Of a stretch of 64,000 nucleotides of DNA, positions 19,149-28,657 are shown one piece after another. The notes beneath the pieces are model-generated. The model was not told the DNA's origin. It saw nothing but the letters and a program-made list of their open reading frames with translations, and made no database searches. The position numbers and the translations under genes were made by a program. The stretch lies in contig NZ_BSDY01000001.1 in NCBI RefSeq assembly GCF_027925155.1, positions 58,822 to 122,821 on the forward strand. The letters run 5' to 3'. Positions within the stretch are counted from its first letter, which is position 1, and every line of letters starts with the position of its first letter. This stretch comes from Propionigenium maris DSM 9537 (GTDB lineage Bacteria > Fusobacteriota > Fusobacteriia > Fusobacteriales > Fusobacteriaceae).

Positions 19149-19173
19149 GAAGCCGGAATTAATTTCCGGCTTC
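19149..19173. terminator. 10-bp perfect hairpin GAAGCCGGAA-ttaat-TTCCGGCTTC, likely a bidirectional terminator
   Basis: It lies 6 nt downstream of where the HD-GYP reading frame would end if the TAA at 19290 were read through, and about 40 nt after the Cys-rich ORF stop. Confidence 0.55.
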
Positions 19174-19289
19174 TCCTATTAAGAGTGTTTTTTGAATATC
19201 TCTTTAAACTTATGGTGTTTTTTAATAAAGATCTCAACTATTTTAGGATCAAAGTGCTTTCCGCTCTCTGAAGTAATTATCTTGAAGGC

Positions 19290-21359
19290 TTACTCATGGC
19301 TGAAGGGGTCCTTGTAGATTCTTTTCTGACACAGGGCATCATAGACATCTGCAAGGGCTACAATCCTAGCCTCAAGAGGGATATCCTCTCCGCTCAGCCC
19401 CATTCCATAGCCACTACCATCCCACTTTTCGTGGTGGTGTCTTATAATATTCATGGCTATAGGACTAACCTCTAAATCCTTTATGAGGTTGAAACCTATC
19501 TCAGTATGCTTCTTCATCTCCGTGAACTCCTCTCTGGTGAGTTTCCCCGGTTTTTTTAGTATGGAATCGGGGATACCTATCTTACCTATGTCATGGAGGG
19601 AGGCATAGAGCCCCACTTCCCTTACAAACTCCCTGGGCAGTTTCAATTCATCTGCTATGAGGTGGGAATACTCACCTATTCTTTTTACGTGATCTCCCGT
19701 GTCCTCGTCGTTATATGAGTTTGCACTTTCCAGGGTTCCCACCAAGCCCAGGGTAATATTTGTCAGTTTTGAGTAGATCCTTTTAAATCGTTTTAAGTGA
19801 ATAAAGACTCCTAAAAATCCAAGGGCTGAAACTAAAGTTATGAAGATAGAGGCTTTAAAATCCTTAGTTATCTCGATATTTCTCTCCAAAAACTCCTTCT
19901 TTCTTTTCTCTATACCAGAGGAGAAGTCCCTTGACAATGAGTTTATGACAAAGTAGAGAGTTTCATCTTCTCTGGGTACTCCAAATTTCATACTTATCTT
20001 GTCATTGATAACCCCAGCTAACTTTATATTTTTAATATTATACCTCTTTAAAAGGTAGTGAGTGTTTTGAATCCCTCCTATAAGAGCATCTGCCTCCCCT
20101 GTAGCCACCGCCTTAATAACTTCCTTTTGGGAGTGAAAGGCTATTAGATTTTCTTCAAATCCCATGTGGTTAAGGAAGAGATCTGCCATGGAATTCTTCT
20201 GAACGGCTATCCTGTACTTTCTCAGATCTTCTAGATGAGGAATATACTTTTCATCCTCCCTATTGAAAATAAGAAACTGGAACTCGTCGTAGGGATCTGT
20301 TGTAAGGAAGCCTTCCCCATTAATATCTTCCCCATTTATAGCCATGATAGATGGGTTTATTTGAAGACCTTCTGGGGAATCGGCCTCCTGGAACACTATA
20401 TTAACTCCCAGGATACGCTCTATCTCATAAAAATAATTTACGATGAAACCCTCCTGTTTTCCAAGAATATCTTTATAGAAGAGGGGGTATACATCAATAT
20501 TTTGGGGAATGAATACCCTTAAGGTACTGTTTTTTTTCAGGTAATCCTCTATCTCCCTGGATATATGAAGCTTATCCCTGGTATACTCCAAGACCTCCTC
20601 ATAGACAGTTCTTCTGTTAAAATCAAAGGTATCTACAATCCTTCCTATAATATCTACTAAAGGTTTGTAGTAGTTCAGACCTCCAATGTAGTACCTTGTC
20701 TTTAATGAGGGGGAGGAATAGTTGATCTTTATCTCAGGGTCAGGATTTTCCACCATATACTTTAAGCCATCCTGAAGGTCATCAGCATATATATCTGCCT
20801 CACCACTAAGAAGGCTCTCTACAGCCTCCTGGGTGCTGGGTTTTGATATGAGTATTACTCTGCTTCCATACCTCTTTATTACCTCATTTACAATCTGGTC
20901 TCCCTCAACATAGACTATTGTTTTACCGGAAAGATCGGTACTGTAATCGGTAAGGGGATAATCCTCCCTTGTAATAAGAACACCACTTAAATTGATGGGA
21001 TCCTTTAAGTAGTAATACTTCCCCCTATTTCTCTTATAGTCCTCTACGCCCATAACTATGTGGGGGATCCCAGAGTCTACAGCTTCATGGAAATCTTTCT
21101 TTTCCTGTTTAACAACCTTAAAATTTAGGCGGGTAACCTCCTCTAAGGTCTTGATTATATCAGGATAGATTCCGTTACTTCCATTTTCAGTATGGTAGTT
21201 CAATATTCCCAGATCGGTATCCAGGTAGATTAAAACCTCCTTTTCTTTAGCCACTTTAATCCATTTTATTTCCTCTTGAGTTAAGTTAATATCTCCTCCA
21301 TTTTCACCGAAAAGCAAAAAAGAAGTAAATAAAAAAAGAGGCCATATCAATTTCGACAT
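19290..21359 (-). CDS. HD-GYP c-di-GMP phosphodiesterase with two periplasmic SBP_bac_3-like domains; premature in-frame TAA, with conserved C-terminus continuing to 19182
   Basis: A signal peptide and two solute-binding-protein-like domains precede a TM helix (IFITLVSALGFLGVFIHL) and an HD-GYP domain (HDIGKIGIP...HHEKWDGSGYGMG...ADVYDAL). The ORF ends ...KDPFSHE*, but the same frame continues AFKIITSESGKHFDPKIVEIFIKKHHKFKEIFKKHS*. Confidence 0.8.
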   Translation of the reverse strand: MSKLIWPLFLFTSFLLFGENGGDINLTQEEIKWIKVAKEKEVLIYLDTDLGILNYHTENGSNGIYPDIIKTLEEVTRLNFKVVKQEKKDFHEAVDSGIPHIVMGVEDYKRNRGKYYYLKDPINLSGVLITREDYPLTDYSTDLSGKTIVYVEGDQIVNEVIKRYGSRVILISKPSTQEAVESLLSGEADIYADDLQDGLKYMVENPDPEIKINYSSPSLKTRYYIGGLNYYKPLVDIIGRIVDTFDFNRRTVYEEVLEYTRDKLHISREIEDYLKKNSTLRVFIPQNIDVYPLFYKDILGKQEGFIVNYFYEIERILGVNIVFQEADSPEGLQINPSIMAINGEDINGEGFLTTDPYDEFQFLIFNREDEKYIPHLEDLRKYRIAVQKNSMADLFLNHMGFEENLIAFHSQKEVIKAVATGEADALIGGIQNTHYLLKRYNIKNIKLAGVINDKISMKFGVPREDETLYFVINSLSRDFSSGIEKRKKEFLERNIEITKDFKASIFITLVSALGFLGVFIHLKRFKRIYSKLTNITLGLVGTLESANSYNDEDTGDHVKRIGEYSHLIADELKLPREFVREVGLYASLHDIGKIGIPDSILKKPGKLTREEFTEMKKHTEIGFNLIKDLEVSPIAMNIIRHHHEKWDGSGYGMGLSGEDIPLEARIVALADVYDALCQKRIYKDPFSHE

Positions 21360-21362
21360 AAC

Positions 21363-21462
21363 ATCCCTCCAAAAAAGTTTCGGCAGCTGGCTGTCATATT
21401 CCTGAGAACTTAGACCCTATAGTTTTGCGCCACAGAGTTTCCTCTGCTTTGCCTTTTTCGAA
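21363..21462 (-). promoter_or_regulatory. c-di-GMP-I (GEMM-I)-like riboswitch in the HD-GYP 5' UTR
   Basis: The reverse strand reads GGCAAAGCAGAGGAAACUCUGUGGCGCAAAACUAUAGGGUCUAAG...AUGACAGCCAGCUGCCGAAAC-UUUUUUGGAGGGAUGUUAUG. It has GCAAA, a GAAA-capped P1, a GACGCAAAGC-type box and a GGGUCUAA box. Its 3' end abuts the RBS and start codon. Confidence 0.65.
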
Positions 21463-21601
21463 GTTATTTATTTTATAAACTTATTACATATTAAACCTAA
21501 ATTTTACAGAGGTATAATATATTTTATATATTGTATGAATTTTTAAGAGGGTTTCATTGTTTGGCCCTATAAAACATTACAACTGTAATTCTATAGGAGG
21601 T

Positions 21602-22927
21602 TTAGAATAAAAACCTCACTATTCTGCTGGGTCTTCCCCTGCTTCCATTGGATTTTTTACAGATACACTCTACAAATCCCCCTTTCTCAAGTTTTTCAAT
21701 GAGCCTGTTGGCTGATCTTCGTGTGACACCTATAATCTGGGCTACCTCAGAGGAGGTGTAGTTGTTGCACTCCTTTAGAGCAGAGCTGATTCTGTATATG
21801 GTATCTATATTGATGGAGGAGGAGGAAGCTATATGCTCCAGTCTGGAATCAAAAATGACACTGCTATAGTCACTTACGTCATTTGATGGGAGGAGAGGAC
21901 CTGCAAGCTTTTCAGTTTCATATGCCACATAGGCGCTGTTTCTCCTCTCCTTTCCCGCCCTGATGCTGGCAATTACAGAGTGTTTAATAGCCTCCTTGAA
22001 GTTTCTGCCGTAACCTACCCCTATACTGGTATAGACCACCTGATTTTCTGCAATGGAGTCCAGTATGCTTAACCTTGAAAAGTGTCGGGTTTCATGTTCA
22101 AAGGCCTCCCTGTTGCAGAATATAGTGTAGGATTTACTTCCATTGGAGGAGTAGGCTCCCTCCACCCGTTCAGCAAACCAAAAGACCTCCTCCATAATTC
22201 TATTGTATTCAAGAACTACACTATGGTGGCTGCTGTTGATGATGAGGTTTTCCTTTAAATTGCTGATATTTATCGTTATAGCTACCTGATCTGAATCCCT
22301 TTCCCCTCCAAGGGTTCCCCTGGATATTAAATTATTTACTCCCTCTATAATTTGCTCCCTCTGAGGTTCCATTAGTATTGCCTCTATTCCCTTCTTCTTC
22401 AGGGCATCTCTCACAGCGCTTATCTGGGTTATGCACAGGGAGTTATCATATCTATAGTTTTTCAGATGATGGGAGATTACCTCCTCTATAAAGCCCCTCT
22501 GGATATAGGAAGGGTTTATGATCTTTATACTGCACTCCCTCTTAGAATCTATCCCAAGGTCCTCGTAAACCTCCACCACTTCCCTATGGGTGAGGGAGTC
22601 TATACTCACCTTCTTGATATCTGCCTCCATGTGATAGCTTCCCTGGAGGAGAGCTCTATAGATACTCCCTTTAGAACCTTCAACATAAATGTTTGGAATG
22701 GAGTGATCTAACTTATTGTTGAAGATATAGTGGATATCTCTTGCAGTGTAGAGGATTCCGTGGCATACTCTGCTAATCCTCTGAACTCTCTTTAATCCCT
22801 CTTCCAGGTCCTCTTCTCCTGTCACACCTACAAGATGAAGGGTCAGACTCTTAAAGTGTTCCTCTACGATCTCCTTGATTCTTAGATTTATATCTGGATG
22901 TCCTACCAGTCCTAAATTAAAATTCAA
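21602..22927 (-). CDS. putative transcriptional regulator with C-terminal winged helix and GRGRP AT-hook-like motif
   Basis: 441 aa. The C-terminus SSEVAQIIGVTRRSANRLIEKLEKGGFV...SRGRPSRI is HTH-like. The N-terminal ~350 aa are unassigned. It is divergent from tnaA. Confidence 0.45.
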   Translation of the reverse strand: MNFNLGLVGHPDINLRIKEIVEEHFKSLTLHLVGVTGEEDLEEGLKRVQRISRVCHGILYTARDIHYIFNNKLDHSIPNIYVEGSKGSIYRALLQGSYHMEADIKKVSIDSLTHREVVEVYEDLGIDSKRECSIKIINPSYIQRGFIEEVISHHLKNYRYDNSLCITQISAVRDALKKKGIEAILMEPQREQIIEGVNNLISRGTLGGERDSDQVAITINISNLKENLIINSSHHSVVLEYNRIMEEVFWFAERVEGAYSSNGSKSYTIFCNREAFEHETRHFSRLSILDSIAENQVVYTSIGVGYGRNFKEAIKHSVIASIRAGKERRNSAYVAYETEKLAGPLLPSNDVSDYSSVIFDSRLEHIASSSSINIDTIYRISSALKECNNYTSSEVAQIIGVTRRSANRLIEKLEKGGFVECICKKSNGSRGRPSRIVRFLF

Positions 22928-23102
22928 TGTCCCTAATCTCCTTTAATAAATAAAGTCTAGTTAAAAAATTTCATTTGCTATCTTGTAAACGGGCTGTTTT
23001 CATTAAGATTATTACCAAAACTATTTAAAGTCAATATAAAGACATTCACTTTAGGGGTAGAATTTTACCAGGGATAAGATTAAGAGGACAGAGGAGGAAT
23101 TC

Positions 23103-24482
23103 ATGACAAATTATGTGGCTGAACCATTTAAGATCAAGACGGTGGAACCTATAAGGATGACCACTAGGGAGGAGAGGAGCGAAAAACTAAGGGAAGCAAA
23201 TTATAACCTCTTTGGGATCGATTCAGATGATGTTTATATAGATCTTCTTACAGACAGTGGGACCGGAGCTCTCAGTGATGCCCAGTGGGCTGGGATGATG
23301 AGGGGAGATGAATCCTATGCAGGAGCCAGAGGTTTTAAGAGGGTAGAGGCTGCAGTGAGGGATATATTTAACTATAAGTATGTTCAGCCTGTTCACCAGG
23401 GAAGGGCAGCAGAGCAGGTTCTATTTCCTACGCTACTAACTCAAGGAAAGAAGTGTATCTCAAATATGCACTTTGACACAACAAGGGGGCATGTGGATCT
23501 ATTAGGAGCCAAGCCTGTAGATCTTGTAGTTTCAGAGGCTAAGGATACCAGAAACTTTTCACCCTTTAAGGGGAATATGGATACTGTAAAACTTGAGAGG
23601 TATATAGAGGAGGCAGGGGCAGAAGGTGTAGGACTCATAATAATGACTATAACCAATAACAGTGCCGGTGGTCAGCCTGTATCCATGGCAAATATGAGGG
23701 GAACCAGCAGAATTGCGAGAAAGTATGGGATCCCAGTGATTATAGATGCTGCCAGATATGCAGAAAATGCTCACTTTATAAAGATGAGGGAGGAGGGGTA
23801 CGCAGATAAATCCATCATCGAGATAACCAGAGAGATGTTTAGTTATGCAGAGGCATTTACAATGAGTGCCAAGAAGGATGCCATAGTGAATATGGGGGGG
23901 CTTATAGGAGTAAGAGATGACCAGGAGCTCTACGAGAAGGTCAGGGGGCTGACTATTCCCTATGAGGGGTTTGTGACCTATGGAGGTCTGGCTGGAAGGG
24001 ATCTGGAAGCTCTTGCTATAGGGCTGTATGAGGGAACTGAACCAGACTATCTCAGGTACAGGATAGGTCAGGTGGAATATCTCGGGGGACTTCTTGCCAA
24101 GAAGGGAATACCCTTCCAGTATCCAGTGGGGGGCCATGCAGTCTTCCTAGATGCTAAGGAGTTTCTGCCACATATTCCGTACACCGAGTTTCCTGGACAC
24201 ACCCTAGCATGTGAGTTATATATAGAGGCAGGGATCAGGTGTTGTGATATAGGTTCATATATGATGGGTAATGACCCTGAAACCGGTGAGCAGCTGAAGT
24301 CGGAGATGGAGTTTACCAGACTGGCTATCCCAAGAAGGGTATATACTCAGTCCCACTTTGATATAGTAGCTCTTGCCCTTGAAAATATCAAGAAGAGGGC
24401 ATCGGAGATAAAGGGGTACAGGATAACCTGGGAACCCCCTGTGCTGAGACACTTTACTGCTAAGCTGGAACCATTAAAGTAG
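23103..24482 (+). CDS. tnaA: tryptophanase (tryptophan indole-lyase)
   Basis: 459 aa collinear with E. coli TnaA. Matching segments include [45 protein letters not shown], the PLP-lysine region SAKKDA and C-terminal VLRHFTAKL. Confidence 0.85.
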   Translation: MTNYVAEPFKIKTVEPIRMTTREERSEKLREANYNLFGIDSDDVYIDLLTDSGTGALSDAQWAGMMRGDESYAGARGFKRVEAAVRDIFNYKYVQPVHQGRAAEQVLFPTLLTQGKKCISNMHFDTTRGHVDLLGAKPVDLVVSEAKDTRNFSPFKGNMDTVKLERYIEEAGAEGVGLIIMTITNNSAGGQPVSMANMRGTSRIARKYGIPVIIDAARYAENAHFIKMREEGYADKSIIEITREMFSYAEAFTMSAKKDAIVNMGGLIGVRDDQELYEKVRGLTIPYEGFVTYGGLAGRDLEALAIGLYEGTEPDYLRYRIGQVEYLGGLLAKKGIPFQYPVGGHAVFLDAKEFLPHIPYTEFPGHTLACELYIEAGIRCCDIGSYMMGNDPETGEQLKSEMEFTRLAIPRRVYTQSHFDIVALALENIKKRASEIKGYRITWEPPVLRHFTAKLEPLK

Positions 24483-24593
24483 GATTTTAAGGGAAGGAGA
24501 GGGCTTCTAAGCTGTCTCCTTTTTCAAGGTATCTATAGGTAAAGTCTAAAGGAGTTTGAAGCTTGTGATGAAAATAGATTAAATTAAAGGGAA

Positions 24594-25640
24594 TTGGGAG
24601 GGAGAAGATTGAATACAATAGACTGGAACTACATAAAGGATTTTACCCAGGAGCTCATGGATATTCCGACCCCTGGAGGTTATACCCAAATGGGGATACT
24701 CAGGTGTATCCAGGAGTTTGAAAGGTTTGGAGTGAAGTATATAACTACAAAAAAGGGGGCTGTTATCGGGGAGATAGAGGGGAGGAGTAGTGAGGGGGCT
24801 ACCCTTATCTCAGCTCATATAGATACCCTTGGAGCCATGGTAAAATCCATTAAGAGCAATGGAAGACCTGTCCTCACAAATATAGGAGGATTTTCCTGGA
24901 ACTGTGTAGAGGGAGAAAACCTGGTTATCCACACCCAGGATGGAAGAAGGTATACAGGAAGTCTGCTACCTTCAAAGGCCTCCAGGCACACCTATGGAGA
25001 GGAGGTAACAAACCTTCTCAGGAGTCAAGAGAATATGGAGGTAAGGATAGATGAGTTTACCTCAACCAAAGAGGAGACAACTGCTCTGGGAATTGCAGTG
25101 GGAGATTTTGTAACTTTTCATACAAGAACTATCTTCACTGAAAATGGCTTTATCAAATCCAGGTATATCGATGATAAGGTGTGTGTAGCTCAACTCTTTG
25201 CATATATAAAATATCTGAGAGATAATAACCTGAAGCCGGAAAGGAAGGTTTATTTCTATATCTCCAACTATGAGGAGATAGGTCACGGGATCTCCTATAT
25301 TCCCCCTGAGGTAGAGGACTTTATAGCCCTGGATGTAGGGCTTGTGGCTGAGGATGCTGCTGGAGATGAGCGAAGAGTTAATATTGTAGCTAAGGACAGC
25401 AGAACTCCCTATGACTTTAACCTGAGAAGCAAGTTGGTGAATATATGTCTGGAAAAGGGGATAAACTATACACTAGATGTTCACAATAGATATGGCTCCG
25501 ATGCCTCTATTGCTGCAACCCAGGGATTTGATGTAAACTTTTCATGTATAGGACCCAGTGTAGATGCAAGTCATCACTATGAAAGGACTCACAGGGATGG
25601 AGTAGTAGAGACTATAAAACTTCTTATAGAGGTATTGTAG
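24594..25640 (+). CDS. M42-family (FrvX/YsdC-like) aminopeptidase
   Basis: 348 aa with a glutamyl-aminopeptidase/M42-like layout (HIDTLG, EEIGHG, DV.N). It starts at TTG, either 24594 or 24609. Confidence 0.65.
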   Translation: MGGRRLNTIDWNYIKDFTQELMDIPTPGGYTQMGILRCIQEFERFGVKYITTKKGAVIGEIEGRSSEGATLISAHIDTLGAMVKSIKSNGRPVLTNIGGFSWNCVEGENLVIHTQDGRRYTGSLLPSKASRHTYGEEVTNLLRSQENMEVRIDEFTSTKEETTALGIAVGDFVTFHTRTIFTENGFIKSRYIDDKVCVAQLFAYIKYLRDNNLKPERKVYFYISNYEEIGHGISYIPPEVEDFIALDVGLVAEDAAGDERRVNIVAKDSRTPYDFNLRSKLVNICLEKGINYTLDVHNRYGSDASIAATQGFDVNFSCIGPSVDASHHYERTHRDGVVETIKLLIEVL

Positions 25641-25646
25641 GTAAGG

Positions 25647-25678
25647 TAGGGTGCCCTAGGGGCATCCTGCTCTTTTTT
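25647..25678 (+). terminator. intrinsic terminator after the M42 peptidase gene
   Basis: A 10-bp stem (TAGGGTGCCC/GGGCATCCTG with two G-U pairs) is followed by CTCTTTTTTAT. Confidence 0.65.
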
Positions 25679-26055
25679 ATCTTTGAGATAATTTTTTAAC
25701 TTAGATACTCCTTCTTTAAATCATGAAGAAAATTTTAGGTAAATTTAATAATTGGAATTAATATAAAAAATTAAAGTTTTACGCATAAAAGTCACTAAAA
25801 AAAATGACTAAATTCTAAAATGAAACATTGTTTAAAAAAACTTTAAAACGATGTTTTCGGCAGATAAATTAATTGTTGAAATAAAGATAGAAATCCTGTA
25901 TATTAAACCTGTTGATTTTATTGTTCTGCAACTTAAGGATAATGAAATCAAGAAAGTTTTTAAGTTTCAACTTTTAAAAAGAAACGTTGTTTAACTTTTT
26001 AAAAGTGATATTTTAAATGAACAGAGATAGATTTAAAAGATAAAAATAATATTCT

Positions 26056-26150
26056 GAAAAAGGCAAAGCAGGGGAAACTCTGTGACGCAAAGCTTAAGGG
26101 TCTAAGTCCTGTTTGGATATGGCAGCCAGCTACCAAAACTTTTTTGGAGG
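26056..26150 (+). promoter_or_regulatory. second copy of the c-di-GMP-I (GEMM-I)-like riboswitch, orphan
   Basis: GGCAAAGCAGGGGAAACUCUGUGACGCAAAGCUUAAGGGUCUAAGUCCUGUUUGGAUAUGGCAGCCAGCUACCAAAAC-UUUUUUGGAGGAUAGUAUG is about 85-90% identical by eye to the reverse complement of 21363-21462. It is followed only by a 14-codon ORF (26156-26200). Confidence 0.6.
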
Positions 26151-26348
26151 ATAGTATGAGCAGTCTACAGGTTCTCCTTTTTTATTTCCCAATTTTTTAG
26201 TTTTAAGAAGTATTTGTTGGGTTCTCAGGAAGGTCATACTATTAAAAAAATAAAAATTAATCTGATTTATGCAAAGGCAGGGGAGGGTTGCGCTCATTCC
26301 TGGAGCTTCTCTTCCCATCCACCTGCTTTTAGGGTAAGTTTTAGATAT

Positions 26349-26380
26349 CTACTATATTAGTCCGCTTTTTTAGCGGTCTT
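26349..26380 (+). terminator. intrinsic terminator ending the short riboswitch-led transcript
   Basis: AGTCCGCTTTTTTAGCGGTCTTTTTTAT is nearly identical to the terminator at 31148-31178. Confidence 0.5.
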
Positions 26381-26426
26381 TTTTATTTCAAAGAATAAGA
26401 AAAACTCTAAAGCAGTGAGGAAATTA

Positions 26427-26464
26427 AGAAAAAAAGAAAGGAAGTGAATTGCTAAGTCACTTCC
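26427..26464 (-). terminator. intrinsic terminator of the GATase / ATP-grasp operon (reverse strand)
   Basis: A GGAAGTGA-attgctaag-TCACTTCC hairpin lies right after the stop at 26474, with an A-run on the forward strand (T-run on the reverse strand) at 26427-26439. Confidence 0.65.
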
Positions 26465-26473
26465 TTGAATTTA

Positions 26474-28657
26474 CTATATCTCACTTAGTTCTATTAGCAG
26501 TGTAGAGAGGAGAAGAGATTTCTCTAAAAGATTATGCTTCAGGATATATTCATTTCCTCCATGTTCCTTTTTACCTGCCGGTCCGAAACCATCGACTACA
26601 TATTTCTCCCTATCAACATTGGAGATATCAGCAGAACTCCAACGGTGCTCGCTGTTTACTCTAATATCAAAGTTATCAGCAATTCCCTTGATGATTCTCA
26701 TTATTTCATCTGATTTCTCAGTAGCAGTTAGGGCTGGTCTCTTTAGCCCTCCCTCTAAGTGGAAATCGATGGTTTTCTTGTACTTGCTTGCTGGAATCAT
26801 ACTTCTGATCTTTTTATCATATTTTTTAAAGAGTTCATCGTCATTAAACCTTACACTTAACTCTAGATCTCCATGGGCAAAGGGCTCGGTTATGTTGGAG
26901 CAGAGTTTAAGTTCCCTTGGAGAGATAATGATCCCCTCCTTCTCATTGGAGAGGTTGCTCCAGTCTGCAACCAGCTTGGAAAAGACGGAAACAGCCTTGG
27001 ATACATCTTCAGAGTTTTTGTTTTCTCTCAGGTTCATATGACAGGAGTATACAGCTGCTCCTGATCTGCTGGTAACCATACCCCCATCAGGGAATCCCCC
27101 GTGGAGTCCAAATACATACTTGGCTCTTCTTGATTTCTCCTTGATGATATTTTTAGAGAAACTTCCCTGAAGGGTATCGTCGGTTGTTAGCAGGACACCT
27201 ATCTTTAGCTTTTTCAAAACTCTTAAATATCTAAGGGCTTGGAGGGACTGCAGCATCATTACGATTCCGCCCTTGTGCTCCCAGACACCAGTTCCGTAAA
27301 TCTTATGCTCGGATCTCTGAAAGTATTTTTGGTTTTTCAGCTTTACATTGTTGTCCAGGTTTCCTACCAGAAGGTAATCGTATTCACCATCGTCGCTGTT
27401 GGAGAAGAATAAGACATTACCTACTTCACTCTGAGGGAAGCTCTCATAACTAAATCCCATACTGCTAAACCTTTTCTTTATGGTGCTTCCCAGCCTATTG
27501 ACTCCTTCTATATTCTTATAGTAGGTATTTATGTCTATTACCTCTTCAAGGAGTTTTTCCGTCTGATCCATCCTACTTCTGAGAAAACTTCTGACCCTTG
27601 TTGGAAGAGGAACTTTTTTACTATTGCTCTTCAGGTTCAGTCCTATATTTTCCTTGGCAAAGTATCTAAAGGAAGCCACATCCAGCATCTTATTTACAAG
27701 GGCGTCAAAATCAAAGCCTGCAGCTTTAGCAGCTGTAACATAGGAACCAGCAGCTCCCAGACTGGCCATGGAGTTAACCTCAAGGATATAGATGTTGTTG
27801 TTTTCATCCAGTCTTATATCTACTCTAGAGAAATCCCTTAATCCCAGAGTTTTAAAGACCTTGATACTTAGGTCCTGCATTCTCTTGGCCAGCTCCTCAT
27901 CTATAGGGGCTGGGCATATCTTAGCTTTTGGTTTAAACTTTTTGTCATCTACTGTCTGAATAGCATCTGGGTCTCCTTCAAGATCTATTTCGAGAACAGG
28001 AAGAACTTCCACTGGAGAGTTTCCTATAAGTCCCACAGCAAACTCCCTACCTCTAATAAACTTTTCCACAAGAGCCTGCTGTTTAAATTCACCTACGATA
28101 AAGTCCACAGCTTCTTTTAGCTCATCTATGTTATAAACAACCTTTAATCCAAATGATACGCTTTCCATCTTGGGTTTTACAATTACTGGAAAATCTACAT
28201 CGGTCATATCCTCATCTGAAGAGGAAAATACCCAGAAATCAGGTGTGGGAATTGAGTTTTTCTGCAGGATAATTTTTGTAATAATTTTATCCAGGGCTAT
28301 AGCATGCCCTGCAGGGGAGGACCCTACATAGGGGATTCCCAGCATCTCAAGCATGGCTGGTATATGGGTATATCTACTCTCTCCCTGTATACCATAGGCC
28401 ATATTAAATACTATTCCGAATTTTTCTCCGTCCTGTGTCTTGGGAAAGAACTCCTTTATATTGTCTATGACATTCATATCACCATCGATGATCTCTACAT
28501 TGTGCCCTCCCTTTTCAAGGGCATCGGCCACACGTTTTACCACAAGGGGGTTGTATACTTCCTTGTTCTGCATCCCAAAGACATTGATTACATTGCTAAA
28601 ATCCTTGTTATATATTATTGCTACTCTCATCTCTTCCTCCAATATTTTATAGATCAA
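26474..28657 (-). CDS. fusion protein: D-Ala-D-Ala-ligase-like ATP-grasp enzyme (N-terminal ~340 aa) + M20-peptidase-like domain (C-terminal ~390 aa)
   Basis: The N-terminal half carries Ddl-family motifs (RVAIIYN, GESRYTHIPAMLEMLGIPYVGS, IVKPKMESVSFG, LEVNSMASL). The C-terminal half looks like an M20 (ArgE/DapE/CPG2-type) domain. It overlaps the upstream GATase gene by 11 nt. Confidence 0.65.
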   Translation of the reverse strand: MIYKILEEEMRVAIIYNKDFSNVINVFGMQNKEVYNPLVVKRVADALEKGGHNVEIIDGDMNVIDNIKEFFPKTQDGEKFGIVFNMAYGIQGESRYTHIPAMLEMLGIPYVGSSPAGHAIALDKIITKIILQKNSIPTPDFWVFSSSDEDMTDVDFPVIVKPKMESVSFGLKVVYNIDELKEAVDFIVGEFKQQALVEKFIRGREFAVGLIGNSPVEVLPVLEIDLEGDPDAIQTVDDKKFKPKAKICPAPIDEELAKRMQDLSIKVFKTLGLRDFSRVDIRLDENNNIYILEVNSMASLGAAGSYVTAAKAAGFDFDALVNKMLDVASFRYFAKENIGLNLKSNSKKVPLPTRVRSFLRSRMDQTEKLLEEVIDINTYYKNIEGVNRLGSTIKKRFSSMGFSYESFPQSEVGNVLFFSNSDDGEYDYLLVGNLDNNVKLKNQKYFQRSEHKIYGTGVWEHKGGIVMMLQSLQALRYLRVLKKLKIGVLLTTDDTLQGSFSKNIIKEKSRRAKYVFGLHGGFPDGGMVTSRSGAAVYSCHMNLRENKNSEDVSKAVSVFSKLVADWSNLSNEKEGIIISPRELKLCSNITEPFAHGDLELSVRFNDDELFKKYDKKIRSMIPASKYKKTIDFHLEGGLKRPALTATEKSDEIMRIIKGIADNFDIRVNSEHRWSSADISNVDREKYVVDGFGPAGKKEHGGNEYILKHNLLEKSLLLSTLLIELSEI

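Noticed and set aside
19046-19237. A 63-aa reverse-strand ORF lies downstream of the HD-GYP gene.
   Set aside because: It is in a different frame from the conserved HD-GYP C-terminal continuation (GKHFDPKIVEIF) that occupies the same DNA. The conserved motif in the other frame explains the open frame better.
26130-26318. A 62-aa reverse-strand ORF overlaps the second riboswitch copy.
   Set aside because: It is antisense to a conserved structured RNA element, has no RBS and contains low-complexity sequence. It is treated as spurious.
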